From Felis catus (lineage: Eukaryota), in the NCBI RefSeq assembly GCF_018350175.1, contig NC_058369.1:49972001-50036000 (forward strand): DNA of 64,000 nt, given 5' to 3'. The notes below the pieces were generated by a model. The model did not search any database, was not told the origin of the DNA, and saw only the letters and a list, made by a program, of their open reading frames with translations. Made by a program: the position numbers and the translations under genes. Below, piece after piece: positions 1-13,620 of the stretch (its first letter is position 1; every line of letters starts with the position of its first letter).

Positions 1-74
1 AAGCAATAACATCAATGTCTCCCTCTTCTTGGGTGCCTGTCAGGGGTCAGGCACTGAACTGAGTTATTTGCATC

Positions 75-250
75 CCTACTAGCAGTGTGAGCTTGGGCAA
101 ATTATCTAGCTATGCCTCAGCTGTGTCTACCAGAGAATAAGGATAATATTAATGCCTCTATCATAGGGTTGCTTGGAGGATTAAGTAGTATACTCTTTCA
201 CTTTTAAAAACTTGGGACTGTATGCATATTAAGCATTCAGTAAACGGTAG
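75..250 (+). mobile_element. MIR SINE fragment
   Basis: MIR core (actagcagtgtgagcttgggcaa...tgcctcag...catagggttgcttggaggattaa). Boundaries approximate. Confidence 0.65.
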
Positions 251-1449
251 ATACTGTTTTCATTCATGAGCCTGCCAGACCCAATCTTGCTTACTCCCAA
301 GAATAGACTGTCTGCATTTCTTCCCAACTCCGTGCTTAGTGACATCACATAAATAGCTTGAAATCAGTTATGGTAGACATATTTAAAACAGTGTTTTCAC
401 CAGAAAACACTGCAAATAATGGCTTTTTATTTTCAGAATTAGTTATTAACTATCAGCATGCCAATCTAATTATTCTTTCTGTTTTACACATGAGGACATG
501 ATGCTTCTGGAGAGGTTAAGTGACTTACCCAAGATCACACAGCCATTAAATAGCAGAGTTGGGGGTTGTTAAATCAGGTCCATCCAACACCATATTCCAT
601 GGGCTTTTTTCTACAATAATTGTTCTGACATATAAAGTAAAGGAAGGGGAAGCAGTGTTGATTTCTAATGGGTTCCTTATATACCATGAGAGTCTTAAAA
701 ATATCTGAGTTATTGTTTTTAAATTATCAAATACCTTTATATCATTTGCTTTTATCTCATATTGCTTTTATCAGCACTTCATAAGTGTTAATTCATTAAA
801 TCCTAGTAACAACCCATTAGGTCGCTTTATTGTCATTCCACTTTACAGATGAGGTAACAGAGGCAGAGGGAAGCTGTGTAGATTGTTCAGGGTGGTGCAG
901 CAAAACAGATTCAAACACAAATACTCTAATTATAATCTGTGTTCTCAGCTATGATGCTAGGCTGCAAGTCTATGCTAACAAGAAGCATTTGCTTCATGCT
1001 TCAGCACGAAATCTGCTCCACTCCCTTAGCCCTGGGAACTTAGCCACATTTATTTTTATTTTTTTAATTCCTTGAATCACAGAGAAAATATTTATGGATG
1101 CCCCACAATCACACCACGGGGGCAGAAGTCATTGTGCACAAGGGTCTAGCATGTGGAATTTTTCAGTCAACAAAATTCTAATTATTTTACGAGTATCGAC
1201 TTGGAGTAATCCCTCATGCTTCTGAGAGGTGGTGGTTAGAGGCTCTGAGAGGGCAGCCCGATGTGGTACATCGCAAAGATCTATATCTCCTTTTTAGCTT
1301 TTTATTATAGAATTTTCAAACATTTGCAAAACAAAAGAAATTGATCATTTTTGATTCAAGGACTGATTTATTTCCCTAATGAACAACTGAAGACTGTTCA
1401 ACTCCCATGGTTAGGAGGTAAGTGAGTCCATTCCGTATACATTCCAATT

Positions 1450-2175
1450 CCAGTCACTTCTCCCCAAGTCCGTGGCTGTGACCTTAGCCCAAACGGATGG
1501 TATCACTACCTGGAAAACTGTGGCAGACTCTTGGTGGGCCTCCTTGCTTCCGCCCATGCTGCCCTAATTCTGTTCTCCATAAAGCAACCACAATGAGCCT
1601 CATAAAGTATAAATTACATTATGCAACATCCCTAGCCCCCGCCCCAGTGGCTCCCCATTACACAAAAATCGAACTCAAACTCAAATTCCTTGCCATGACC
1701 CGGAAGACCCTGCAAGATCAGCTCTCAGCCTATTTCCTCAACCTCATCTCCCACCAGCTCCAGCCAATGGGCTTTCCTGAAGTTGCTCAAATAGGCCAAA
1801 TTCTTTTTAACTCAGGGCCCTTGCACTTGCTACTCCCCTACCTAAATATTTTCTTTCTTCCCAAATGGTAATATGGCTGGCTTCTTGCCGTGATTCCAGA
1901 CTCAACTCAATACCACTTCCTCAAAAAGCATTCCTTGATTTCCCTGTTTCAAGCACTGTTCTGGCATGTTCTGTCCACATTTTGTTTCCTTCACAGCAGC
2001 TGTTGCTAGCCTATGCGTTTCTTTATTTAGTTGTTATGTTAATGTCTCTCTCTGCTAGCTAGAATATAAATTGCATGAGAGCAGGGACTCTGTCAAGTTC
2101 ACAACTGTCTCTCTAGTGCCTGAAACCGTGCCAAGTACCTGACAGGTGTTTGGTCAATATTTGTTGAGTGAACTA
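1450..2175 (+). mobile_element. L2 LINE 3' fragment
   Basis: Typical L2 3' end (ctagaatataaattgcatgagagcagggac...ctagtgcctg...aatatttgttgagtgaa). Confidence 0.75.
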
Positions 2176-2410
2176 ATAATAAGTGATGAAAATGAATTAT
2201 GCAATGGTGATGACAGACAGTCTGGGGAGTTCATTTCCCAAATGGGAGGGTTATTGAAAAAATGTCCTGTGGTGACAGAAGTGAATGGATGAAGAGGTTT
2301 CCCAAACTGAATAACATCCCACTGGAGGTCTTCAGAAAAGCAAAGTGATTTCAAAGACCAAGAGGTGCCTATCATTCTGCCTGTACTACATCTTCAGATT
2401 GACAAGAGGG

Positions 2411-2938
2411 TGTGAAAGGCAGATACTCCTGCTGGTTATGCCTTTGTGTAATTGTGATGGGACATTGAACTTGCTTCTGATAACTAAAAATGGCAAAAGC
2501 AATGGAGTCTCATGCCTATAATTGCACTGCATTATTTAAGACTCCATCTCAGCAAAGCTGAACAGGAGAGGCTTTCTCTCTACTGTGGCTGCCATGTTGT
2601 AAGAAGGCCCATGGAAAGGACCATAAGGGAAGCAACTTCAGGTAGCCTCTGGAGCTCACAACCAGTGAAAAAGAGGACCCCAGGCGTACAACCACAGCAG
2701 CTGAGTTCTGCCAACAACCTAGAGGAGGTCAGAAGTGTTTATTTCCACAGTTGAGCCTCTGATGAGGCCACAGGCCTAGCAAATACCTGGATTGCTGGCT
2801 GGTAAGAGCCAGCATGGGATCCAGCAAAGCTGTGTCCACACTCCAAACCCACAGAAACCATGAAGCAATTAACATGTATGTATCTTTAAGCCACTAAAGT
2901 TGTGGTAAATTATTACACAGAAATAGAAAACTAATACA
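2411..2938 (+). mobile_element. MaLR solo LTR (MLT1E/F-like)
   Basis: MLT1 3' terminus tttaagccactaaagttgtggtaa...aatagaaaactaataca. Internal ttctgccaacaacc and gagcctctgatgag motifs. 5' boundary approximate. Confidence 0.75.
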
Positions 2939-4229
2939 GAGGAGATTAAAGTCATTCATTCATTTTCAGAAAGACCCCTTCGCTAAAGATATCTACTCTA
3001 AGGCCAAGTCAGAAGCAATTAGAATTTATAGAGCCTGGAAATCAAGAAAATAAAGAACCTGATGCTTTTATTTGCCATTTCAGAGACAATCAATGCTTGT
3101 TAACCAATAGTGAGTATGGTTGTGACAGCCCCTGGTATTACCATTAAGTTAAGCAAAATGTCCTATTGGACTTGTCTTCTGGAGAGGCAGGAGAAAAAAG
3201 GGTCGGGAACATTTGTATCACTCTCCAGCCAGGCTTGGGGAGAGAAAGCCCCAGGGGATGGGGTACATAGAACTGAGAATAGAACATAACAGGTTGAGAC
3301 CCTGGGACCTGGACAACATGGGCCCCCAAATGCAAAGGGGGCTTAGCAATAAAGGAGCCACTGGTGGCCCCAGTGTAACAGCTCCCTTCTCTTTCGTCTC
3401 TCTCTGTCTGTCTCTGGGACCCAGCTATGAACATCTTCAAACCATTCATTCCCTTAGGCAGGAGCTGAAGGGCATGCTGCAACACACATGATCGTGATCT
3501 CCTGGCACTCTAGTCCACTAGATGGGCCAAGTCTATGATGATGTTGGACAGCACCTACAGTACAGGGTTGAATTCTGAGAGTGAGTTGGGCTTTAGGTCC
3601 AATCACTTTCCAAACTCCTGGGTAAGCTTCATGACACATCAGTTATGGTCCCATGCAGAACATCTCGTCCCTCACAAGTTGTTAAAGTCAGTGCCTTGTG
3701 AGGGCTGCCACTGGGCACCAAACACATTTTGGAAGTGAAGTTACAAGATGTTGCACAGATGCAATCAATCAATCAATAAACCATCAGAGAATATTGCCAA
3801 GGTACCCATTTACTTCCTAGAATATCATCTTCATATCAACTGGTGATCCCTACCCAAAACGTGAAGTGCTTTTCTCATGGAGGTTATGACTCAGCTGCCT
3901 GGCTGTGATGGGTATGTCTGTCATGCACACTCCAGCCGCATATACCCTCGGTTCTCTTACTTCCTAGGTGCAAGGAGAAAGGGAAACACAGGTCAAGGTG
4001 CTACAGAGCAGGAGAAGGACGGAGGAGCTGTCTGGGAAGAAAAATGGGGTGCAGAATCACGAGGGAAATGAATGAGAATAAAGGAACAAAGGTGGCAAAG
4101 GATGGGGTTGGCATGGAATCAAAGGAGAGGAGGCTAGGCCAAGCTTAGGCAAGATGGTCATTAATGAATATTGGCTTGTCTTCAGTAAAAACGATCTCCT
4201 TTGGGAAGTAGTTTGCAAAGTATAGTTCC

Positions 4230-4385
4230 CATAGGAATAACCAGCATTGCCTAGAATTTGTTGCAGGTACAAATTCTCCATCTCTAACCTAAAACTACTG
4301 CATCAGAAATTCTGGGAGTAGTGCTTAGCAATCTGTATGAACAAAATTCCCAGGAAATTACATGCTAACTTTTGAGAACCACTGC
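4230..4385. mobile_element. MER5A-like hAT-Charlie element
   Basis: accagcatt...aaattctc...ctactgcatcagaaattctggg...tttgagaaccactg terminus. Confidence 0.65.
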
Positions 4386-4554
4386 TATTGGGTATCCAGT
4401 GCCCATTGTCTCCAGGTTTCAAAGCACTGCCCACCTAGAGAATAACTGGGTTTTGTCTTTATTCTTCTCCCCTCCCCTCATGGAATTGTATGAGCTCTAT
4501 CTGCCAGGGCTCCCCGTTACTACTTTCCATGTACTAAGCCACCTAATTCATATT

Positions 4555-4949
4555 CAGTTACTAATATTGGTCCCAATTCACCTTTCCCTGTATCTGGTAC
4601 CCTCTGCCATGAAGCCATGCAGTACCTCCACACAAAAAAGATGTATAACCCTATCCCTTTTCTTTGGGCTTGGTCATAGATCTGCTTTGCCCAAAAGGAT
4701 GTTAGCAGACATGATACAAGTAGGGGCTTGCAATCTGCTTACATGGTTGAGCTTTCCCTCTGCTATCCCTATGAAATGAGCTCCCCCAGAAACACTCCAC
4801 CACTTCAGCCTGCTCCCAGAAGGAACCCATGTAGAGCAGAGCCAAACCAGCCATCTAAGCCAATGCACACACCTGAGTAAAATAAATACTCATTGTTGTA
4901 TGCCATAAAATTCTGGCTTTATTGGTTACCCAGATAGCTACCCATTACA
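4555..4949 (+). mobile_element. Old MaLR LTR (MLT1H/J-like)
   Basis: tttgggcttggtcat...tgctttg...cttcagcctg...aaataaatactcattgttgtatgcca pattern. Confidence 0.55.
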
Positions 4950-5067
4950 CTGGGGAACAGGGGATTTGGGTGCTAGTCTTCTGGGTGATCTGTGTTCTCT
5001 ACAATATAAGCCTCCTGACATCCTCGTGTCTTATGGCACAGTAGGCTTGTAAGGAGACAGCAAGGAA

Positions 5068-5497
5068 TAGTCATCCCCCCTTATCCACCTTTACAGTTAC
5101 TCATGGTAAACTGCAGTATAGAAGCAGGTGATGCTCCTTCTGATGTATCATCAGTTAATAGTAGCCTAACGCCACATCACAATGCCCATGTCACTCACTT
5201 CATCTCATCATGTATGTATTCTATCATCTCACATCAACACAAGAAGAGCAAGTATAGTACAAAATAATTTGAGAGAAAAAGAGACCACAGTCACATAACT
5301 TTTATTATTGTACGTTGTTATCATCATTCTACTGTATAATGAGTTCTTGTGAATTTCTTACTGTGCCTAAGTATCACAAGTAGGTACGTATGTATAGGAA
5401 AAAACAGATGGTTGAACCCTGAATCTACTATCTGTGGTTTCAAGCATCCATCAGGGGGTCTTGGAATGTATGTCCAGCAGATAAGGGGGGACTACTG
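5068..5497. mobile_element. Tigger-family non-autonomous DNA transposon (MER44-like)
   Basis: Terminal inverted repeats tagtcatccccccttatcc (5068) and gataaggggggactactg (ends 5497). Confidence 0.8.
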
Positions 5498-5720
5498 TGT
5501 ATTTTAAGGAGGATCAGTTTGGGGGATGGGGAGCTCTCCACTTCTCTCAAGCCAACTGAGAGCAGGGCTATTCTATGGCACTACTGGGTCAGCTGATGAG
5601 GGAGACACAGAGGACAGGGGGTTCAGAAACAAGATAGAAAGGAAAGACAAGAACAAGTTTGAATGGACAAGAAGCACTGGCTTAAAAGAGAAGGAAGTAA
5701 CCGTCAATAAATGCCATGTT

Positions 5721-5913
5721 GGGGCGTCTGTTAAACTTCCAACTTCAGCTCAGGTCATGATCTCATTATTCGTGAGTTCCAGCCCTGCATTGGGCTCTGT
5801 GCTGACAGCTCGGAGCCTGGAGCCTGCTTTGGATTTTGTGTCTCCCTCTCTCTCCACCTTTCCTCTGCACACGCTCTCTCTCTCAAAAATAAACATTAAA
5901 ATTTTTTTTTTTA
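5721..5913 (+). mobile_element. Can-SINE (feliform) with a deletion across the A box
   Basis: ggggcgtctg joined directly to ttaaac (ggtggctcagtcg missing). CT tract and A/T tail. TSD aataaatg(c/t)catgtt at 5706-5720 and 5914-5928. Confidence 0.92.
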
Positions 5914-6999
5914 AATAAATGTCATGTTGTATCCTTATCACCTCCCACTCCCGAGGCCCCCACAGGAAACCTGCAAGTCTCAGCTCCAGGCAAACCTATC
6001 TTCACTCATGCCTGCTTCTGATCTCGCCGCCCTGTCCCCTGCCTCTCACTTAGCAAGGCTGAGAGGAGACAGGGCCAGTTTGAGATGCAGCATCCTCTCA
6101 GTGGGAGGCGGCTGGGGACTATTTGTATTGAGTGAATTATTCACTCTGGAAGCCAAGTGGGAGTACTTGCAATTTATTATCCCTGGAGTGCTCTCCTAGG
6201 TGGGGTCACAGCAGGGAGATGCCATGCGGGCTTTGCCCTCAGAGCTGCCTGGGAACTTAGACACTGAGAGAGGCAGCTTTTGTAAGGTGCCAGCTGCCAT
6301 GGTGCAGCCCTGGCTGTGCCGGGAAACCTGAGGTTGCCCTGGTGATCGGCATGCAGCTTCCCCATGTGGCAGATGACACTCACCACAGGCATGGCAGAAG
6401 CATTGGTTCTACATGTCAAATCCTGTCAAATGGGGCAATGATTTAAAAAGTGATTTCTGGGTCGCCAGCGGTGGGGAGCTGGCAGTTTTCAGCACTCAGT
6501 GACAGTGTCTGAGATATGTTGTGAAACAGCCTCTCTTCTCAACCCCAGTGAATTCGGTGGACTTGCACTGTAGAAATATCAGGCACCCCTCCCCAAGGCA
6601 GGGATGTGGGCTGGCCACAGCTTCCCGGACAGAAAGGGAGGTGGAAGCCAGGGCTGCCGCCTGAGTACTTGCTTTATGCCAGACATTGGGCCAAGTGGTT
6701 TACATAAATCACCTTAATTCACCCACTAACTCAGCAAGGTGGTCTCCTTATCCCCATTTTGCAGATAAGAATAGTAAAACTCAGGGAGTCAAGTCCACAT
6801 CGTTGTTACGTGGACAACCAGGGTTGAAATCCAGACTTAACAAGCAAATTTGCATTCTTGCTGTAACATACTATAGGGGCTTGTTCATTTTATTAATTGT
6901 CACTTTATTATTAACTTCCAGAGAATAAAGACTAGGTCTGTTCTCTCCCTGGGCTAAGTTTACTCATATTGCATCATCTGGTCTTCTCAGTGCTAACGT

Positions 7000-7140
7000 T
7001 ATCCTGATTTTGCAGATGTAAAAGTAAAGCTCGGAGGAGTTAAGGAACTTGCCTAAGATCACACAGCTAATAAGTGGTAAAGCCAGGACTTGAATAGAAG
7101 CCTGATTCCAGAGTCTAAATCTCTGATCATGTGCCCATTC
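7000..7140 (-). mobile_element. MIR SINE fragment
   Basis: attttgcagatg...gttaaggaacttgcctaagatcacacagctaataagtgg...gcctgattccagag. Confidence 0.75.
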
Positions 7141-8799
7141 TTTAGGTCGTGGATGTGTATGCATGATGGCCCAATCATGTCAGCTGAGAAGTTGTCACCA
7201 AGCAGAAAAAGAGCTCCCTAAAGAAACTAGATTTCTCAGAGTACATCCTTTTTGAGACATATGCCCTTGCTTACATCTGTATTCATGGCAAGCTTGAAAC
7301 TTCAAAAATACTTTGGTAATGAACTCTACCCCCTCATACAACTGCCCTGACCCCGCCTTTGGAGCTCACCTTTGGAAACACCAGGAATGAAAACAATGAT
7401 CTGAATGAGTGTCTATAAAAGTAAGTTACTTCTTGGATGAGAAACAATATTAAAAATGTATTCCGAAGGGTCAAATTTCCCCAGCCTGAAAACATCCAAA
7501 AATGGAGATAAGAGATAAACGAGAAGAAACAGAAAGAAACATATCTATGATAGTTTTCCCCTCATTAATCCTAATTCTTCAGAGTTTGGAGAGACACAGG
7601 AGGAGTTTCCATGTGGACACATCAGGGGCTCCCAACCTGAGCTCATATCCTAATAAACCATTTTTTATTTCAAAATACCTACTTTTTCTGTTTGGTTTTG
7701 CCTGCTTAGCATCCATTCTTTCTTCTGGGAGCAGCATCCTCATGTTCCTGGAGGGGAACTACCATCTCCCACTTGTGTTCTGGGGTTTGGGAGGGGACTC
7801 TACTCCCCAGCCTCAAAGACACCTGAATGTACATAACTCTGGTGTCACCAGTGGGCATGCTCTGTTGCCTTGGCCACAGGGATTGGTTCAGGACCTGCTC
7901 ACAGCTCAGCCTGGGCCACTCAAGAGGAATCTGAAGCTTCTGGGGGAGTTACCGGGAAGGTCAGCCCTCTGCTCCTGCATGTGTCTGCAGCTGCAGGAGG
8001 GGATGGGGCAGTGGAGACTGCGATGGAGACCCTGCCTCACAGAAAAGTTGTGAGATGGGTGGGGACACTGACTCCTGACTATTTGACCTTCTTTTGCCAA
8101 AGGAACAGATGTAACCTCAGCTTTCCCTGTGTGGCCAGATTGGTGCATTAAGAAACCACATTTTGGTTCTTCAAACATGGCTACCAAGACAACCTAACTG
8201 ATATAATATTAATGAGTAGAATCCAGGAAAGAAGTACAAATGGCCACTCCCTATATCCTAGGGCACTGGACAGGAAATCTAATATTAGCCATGTACCTCC
8301 TAAGTCCCGTACCCTGGGCGAACATTTTTCTTATTTTGAGGGCAACCATACCTGCTTCTACCCAAGTGGTCCTTCTTCCTGGAATAATCTCTCTCCTCAT
8401 TTCCTCCAAGCACACTCCTACCCATCCCGCAAAACTCTCCATCACCCCCTCCTCTAGAGTTAAAAGTCACCTCCTCTGGGTTCCCACGATGCCAACCCAC
8501 ATCTCTGCAGTCACTTCTACCAAATCCTTGTTTTGTATCTGCCTGTATGGTGATTTTTTTATTACCAAATTAGGGGATGTTCAATGTCAAAAAGAAAAAA
8601 ATCCTAACAATAGGAAATGAGATACAAAGGGAGATAAATTCTCCCTCAATCCAGTGTCTCTCCCTGGAAGTAAACATCATGAACACTCATGAATCCATTC
8701 AGATACTGTTGATTGCATTGAGATAAAATGTCTGTCACAAAACACGTGAACTCTCCAAAAACAGGGATTCGGCTTCATTCATTCTGCAGTGGTACTGTG

Positions 8800-9010
8800 G
8801 GTCCACTCTGCCTGGATTCCAAGCCTGGCTCAAATATTTACTAGTCTGCGACTTGGGACAAGTTAATTAAACTCTTGGCACCTCCCTGTCCTCATCTATA
8901 AAATGGGACTCACACTGGTTACCCCTCTTACCAGGTTCTTGTGAACATTAAATGACTTAATATAAAGTGCTCAGAACAGGGGCTAGCACATGGTATGTGC
9001 AGTGTAAATG
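8800..9010 (+). mobile_element. MIR SINE
   Basis: ctgcctggattccaagcctggctc...cctcatctataaaatggg...attaaatgacttaatataaagtgctcagaacag. Confidence 0.75.
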
Positions 9011-9281
9011 TGTATCATGACTATGTTAGTCTCCATCTCCAGTGTCTGGCCCTAAACAAAAAGTTCTGAGTAAAGAGTCATTTCTCCGCAGTCTGCACAC
9101 AGTTAAATGGACTCCACTAATTCTGCTGACTGTCTCTCAGGCAGACTTCTGGCACTTTCTCACTGGCATTTCTTCCCCTTAATAGGATCCACTTTCATCA
9201 CCACAACTATTTATTGAGTCTTTACCATGGGCCAGGGCATATTTTACCCTTTCAATATTCCTGTTAGAAGTAAGTATTCAT

Positions 9282-9500
9282 GGGGCGTCTGGGTGGCTCA
9301 GTGGGTTAAGCGTCTGACTTCGGCTCAGGTCATGGTCTCGCAGTTTGTGAGTTCGAACCCCGCATCGGGCTCTGTGCTGACAGCTCAGAGCCTGGAGCCT
9401 GCTTCAGATTCTGTGTCTCCCTCTCTCTCTGCCCCTCCCCTGCTTGTGCTCTGACTCTGTCTCTCAAAAATGAACAAATGTAAAAAAAAAAAAAATTAAA
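9282..9500 (+). mobile_element. Can-SINE, full length
   Basis: tRNA-derived head (ggggcgtctgggtggctcag...gagttcgaaccc), CT tract, poly-A. Degenerate TSD agaagtaagtattca / agaagaaagtactca. Confidence 0.95.
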
Positions 9501-10339
9501 AGAAGAAAGTACTCACTAGTGTTCATAACAGCATTATTCACTATGGCCAAAATATGGAAACAAGCCAAAACATGGAAAAACTTGGTCAAAGTTCCCACAA
9601 CTAGTAAAAGACATTAAACTCAAGCCTGTCTGACACCTAAGTACACTATCTGCCCAGTATGCCCAGTGTGTTGTAGGTGTTTAATAAATATTTGTTGGAC
9701 GGACCAGATAATAGAAAGCTCTCATGACACTTTTCCCTTTTGCTATGTTTAATCAATGGCTTCCTGGAAACAGAGATGGCAAATGATAATCAAGTAAAAG
9801 TAAAAAAGATGTCAGTACTATCCTTGTTCACTCCAGGGCTCCCAATCCCCAAAGGAAGCAAAATCCTTGGAGCTGCCAGTGAGACACGGTTCTCCAAGAG
9901 CAAGCATACAACAACTGCACAAGGTGGTAAGAGATGGTGGGGGGACATTCCCTTTTCTAGTACATCAGCCACACTGGTTCTTAAAGTCAGTGAGGATCAA
10001 AAAATATGGAGATAGGTCCACAGAGCTTTGCTCAAAGAAAAGCTGTCCCTTTACAGATGAAGAAAGTGAAGCCCAGAGACAGAGAGATTAATTCAATGCC
10101 CTCCATCCTACTGGTGGTGTTGCAGGGGCTAGAACCAGACCTCACATTCCACAGGTCCACAAACTTGGCAGTAAGAAGACTGTGTAGCCCTGGTACCTTC
10201 AGTATACACCAGGTCAAACTGGTCCTCCGTCGACAGCTGTGAGATCTTGAGCAAGTCACTGACTCTCTAGGATACTCCGTTTCTCCACTGATAAAATAAG
10301 ATGTTAATTCTTCTATTTGGATGAGTAACAAGAACATAA

Positions 10340-11110
10340 GAAAAAACCAGAAATTATTAAGTAAAATACAGCCAGTGCAATAGAAAAGTAGGCCAGGAAA
10401 CAAACAATTCACAAAAGAGGGAACATAGTGCCAAAGAAAGATACGTGAACTGATGTTCAATATCACTAGTGATCAAGGAAATGCAAATCAAAGCCACAAT
10501 GGGAGACAAAGTTTTTTTTTTAAATGTATTAGCTTGGAAAAAAATTTTAAATCTGACAATTCCAAACATTGGATTGGATACAATACAAAGGCTTTCTTAT
10601 ACATTGCCATTCAGAGCGAAAATTGGTGCAACCATTTGGAAGAAGTGAGACACATAAGAAAGTTCAAAGGCCACACTGTTAACAAGAGCAAAAGTCTGGC
10701 AACCACCCAAAACCTCATGAGTAGAAGAGTGAATGAATAAACTGGGATATTCCCACAGTGTAATCTTCTAGAACCATCACCATGGATGAGGTACACAGAA
10801 GTGCACAATATGGATGGATCCCAGCAAGATATTTATTACACTGAAATTGTGTCAAGTATGGCAGCCTTTTGTATAAAGTTAAAAACAACTAAAATGAAAT
10901 ATACACATACATCTTTATGGATGCATATAGATGCAATACAATTATAAAGAGGAAAGCCAGATTGTAGTGGAAATGGGGTTCAGGACAAAGATTGCCTCTG
11001 TTGGGGTGGCAGGGATGAGACGGGAGAGGGAGCCCTATGGGTAGATATGAGTCCATGTCAATGCCTGAGCTTTAGTTCTAAGTCCAGGGTCGTGAGTTTT
11101 CATGGCATTA
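10340..11110 (+). mobile_element. Ancient L1 (L1M/L1ME-like), ORF2 end and 3' UTR fragment
   Basis: ggaaatgcaaatcaaagccacaatg, aattggtgcaaccatttggaa and gaataaactgggatattc are L1 3' hallmarks. Confidence 0.75.
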
Positions 11111-13429
11111 TTAAAACATGGGATTCTGAGCGTGTGTCATGAACCCAGAGTCACTATCGATTTAGTTCTTTGAAGCTGAGGACCAAGGGTGACAACAGGG
11201 ATTCCTTCTTGGCAGGGTTGCTGGGAGGATTTAGAATGTATGGCCCAGCGCCTGAGCACCTGCACCGGAACATCCAGATCCTGGCTGGTGGTAGTGGTTG
11301 GGTGTACAAGTGGCTTGAGAACAGCTTGAAGTGAGCTAAAGAAAACCAAATTTCACTCCAGCTCCCTCTGCCTCATGGCTCCACTGATTTTGTGAATCAA
11401 TGCAATCTCTCCATCCTCTTGGGCATCTTGCTTTTAAAGATCACATAGCTCTGGGTCATAACAAGACCCAGTTACTTTCTAAAGCTTCAGCCAACGTTCT
11501 CTGGAGAGTAACCTCTTCAGAGTGGTGTGACAGGCTTGTATTACCTTCCCTTCAGAAGGACCTCTCATAGTTCGGTCCCCGGCTCTGTCTTCTTGAAGGA
11601 TTTCACATGGCCAGGACTTTGCTTTAAAAGAAAAACTGGCTTTCAACAGAGGTGGGGGTGGGGGTATGTTGTTGACATTGCTCTCTCACCCCACTGAAGG
11701 TAAGAGTTTTCTTTTTCCTCCCACACAACACAAGGAACAGAGAAGTCATTTAAGCCTTATAAATACTGGCAGGCTCAAAAAGCAAGTCGCCAGTCTTAAA
11801 AACATGTCTCTGTTTCCTTTGGCTATTCTGCAAATCCAGTCATATTTTCAGATAAGAAGGTAAACAGAGGGTGGAGGAGATTAAGAAGGCCTGTCTTAGG
11901 CCAGTATCTTTATAGAGAGACTGCGAGAAGAAATGTTACTGGAGTCTTTCCCTTTCAGGGAAAAGGATAGTAGCTAAACCCATAATAGCCCCCAAACCTA
12001 GGAGGGTGGTAGAAGTAGGCACTTCTCTCTGCACCTCCAAGAAAAAACCAGAACACCAGTGAATAGGGTGCCAGACATATTTGTGCCAGATCCCAGTCTC
12101 GGGACTTAGAGGCAGGGAACAGGGTGGAAAAGGAAATTGGTAGAGTCTGTAGGGCTGCCTCTATCCACTACTTGGATGGAATTGGCTGCCTGGAGAGGTA
12201 ATAAGTCCATCATCTCTTTGAAAAAGAAACAAACCCACACCTTGTGGTAAGCTTCTCTTAGCAAGGATGCTGAGGAATGTTCTGAAGGTGGTAGAACCAG
12301 ATCAGAAGCTTGAGGCTGGGGAGATAGGAAGGATACAACAGAAACCCTCTGAAACTAAAGGCAGAAGTTGGCCTAACTCAAAGGTGGGTTCATGGCTTCT
12401 ACAGTATTCTCAAAGAAACATGTCACCCTAAGAAAGATAATGAACCAACAGACTAGGTGATCTTCAAGGTTTCTGACTCTGTCAAATCCCAGGATCTGTG
12501 ATCCTTTAGGTCTCTGAATTCAGGGTAAGGCATGTAGATATTTCATGAGACTTAAAGATGTACCCTAAGTGGCATGGGGGCTCCATAAAGGCAAGGATTT
12601 CTGTGTGCTTCCTTTACTGTGCTGCACCACTAGCATCAACAACGGTGGTTGGCACATACTTGGGAAACATCTGTTGATTTATGTGCATGAATGAACCCTA
12701 GTCAAAGCCTCTACTTCTTTTCCTTTGTGACCCCTGGACAAATGCAGTCTCTCATCTGGCTGGCAGTGGTGATGGCTGGGCCTTGGCAAATGCTCATCTT
12801 TGGACCTTATCTGCACAGATTCAAAGAGTCTCCCCCATGATTCTAGTGATAATCTCATCTGGAATCTAATGTCAGCTCCTGATTACTCAGTCTGATGGAG
12901 AAACCCTGAAATGTCCCCCTACTTCTGGCCTGGAAAGAAAGGTGTTAACTGTGGCCCTGGACACCAGCTTTATAAAAGGCTTCTGATGCCCCTGACTTCA
13001 ATCCTTCCCATGTCGCTGATATTGAAACCTAACTGTGTTGATATTGGTCTCTAAGGTAAACAAAGCTTTACAGAGGAAATGTTTGGAACTAGAGATTCCT
13101 GTTTGCTCCAAGTTTGGACTAATGGCCGGAATAATGAACATTTCCATTCATTTCCTTTTAAAGTACCACTGATAATGTAGCTAAGTGGAGAGTCCTAAAC
13201 CATTCCTATTGGTCACTTACCAAAAGCAGTTTCTGAAATACAATCGATACTTCCCACCCCTGTGGAATTTCATAGAGAGAAGGCCAAGAACTATTCCTGT
13301 GTGAAGGCCTCAAGACCCTGAGAGGAAGAGCAAGGAGAGAAGGGGGAAAGAAGAGAAGGTTAAAAAACGAGAGAGTGACAAATAGCAGTGGCTAATCTGC
13401 ATTGCTAATCTCCACTCTGATTATGGGCC

Positions 13430-13620
13430 TGTCACAAAATTAAGCCTTTTAAATATATTAACTCATTAAGCCCTTTCAACAGTCCTGTGGGAAAGGTTCT
13501 ATTTATCCCATTATAGATGGGAAAACTGCGGCCCAGAGACTTGCTCAAGGTCACACAGCAGAGGTGTGACCAAGCTGGGATTTGTACGAAAGCCTGTGCT
13601 CTTAACCACTGGCTTGCACT
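13430..13620 (-). mobile_element. MIR SINE
   Basis: ttaactcattaagccc...cccattatagatgggaaaactg...gacttgctcaaggtcacacagc...gctcttaaccact. Confidence 0.75.

Noticed and set aside
9282-9365. tRNA-like A and B boxes (here and in the other SINE heads)
   Set aside because: These are tRNA-derived Can-SINE heads followed by CT tract, poly-A and TSDs, not tRNA genes.
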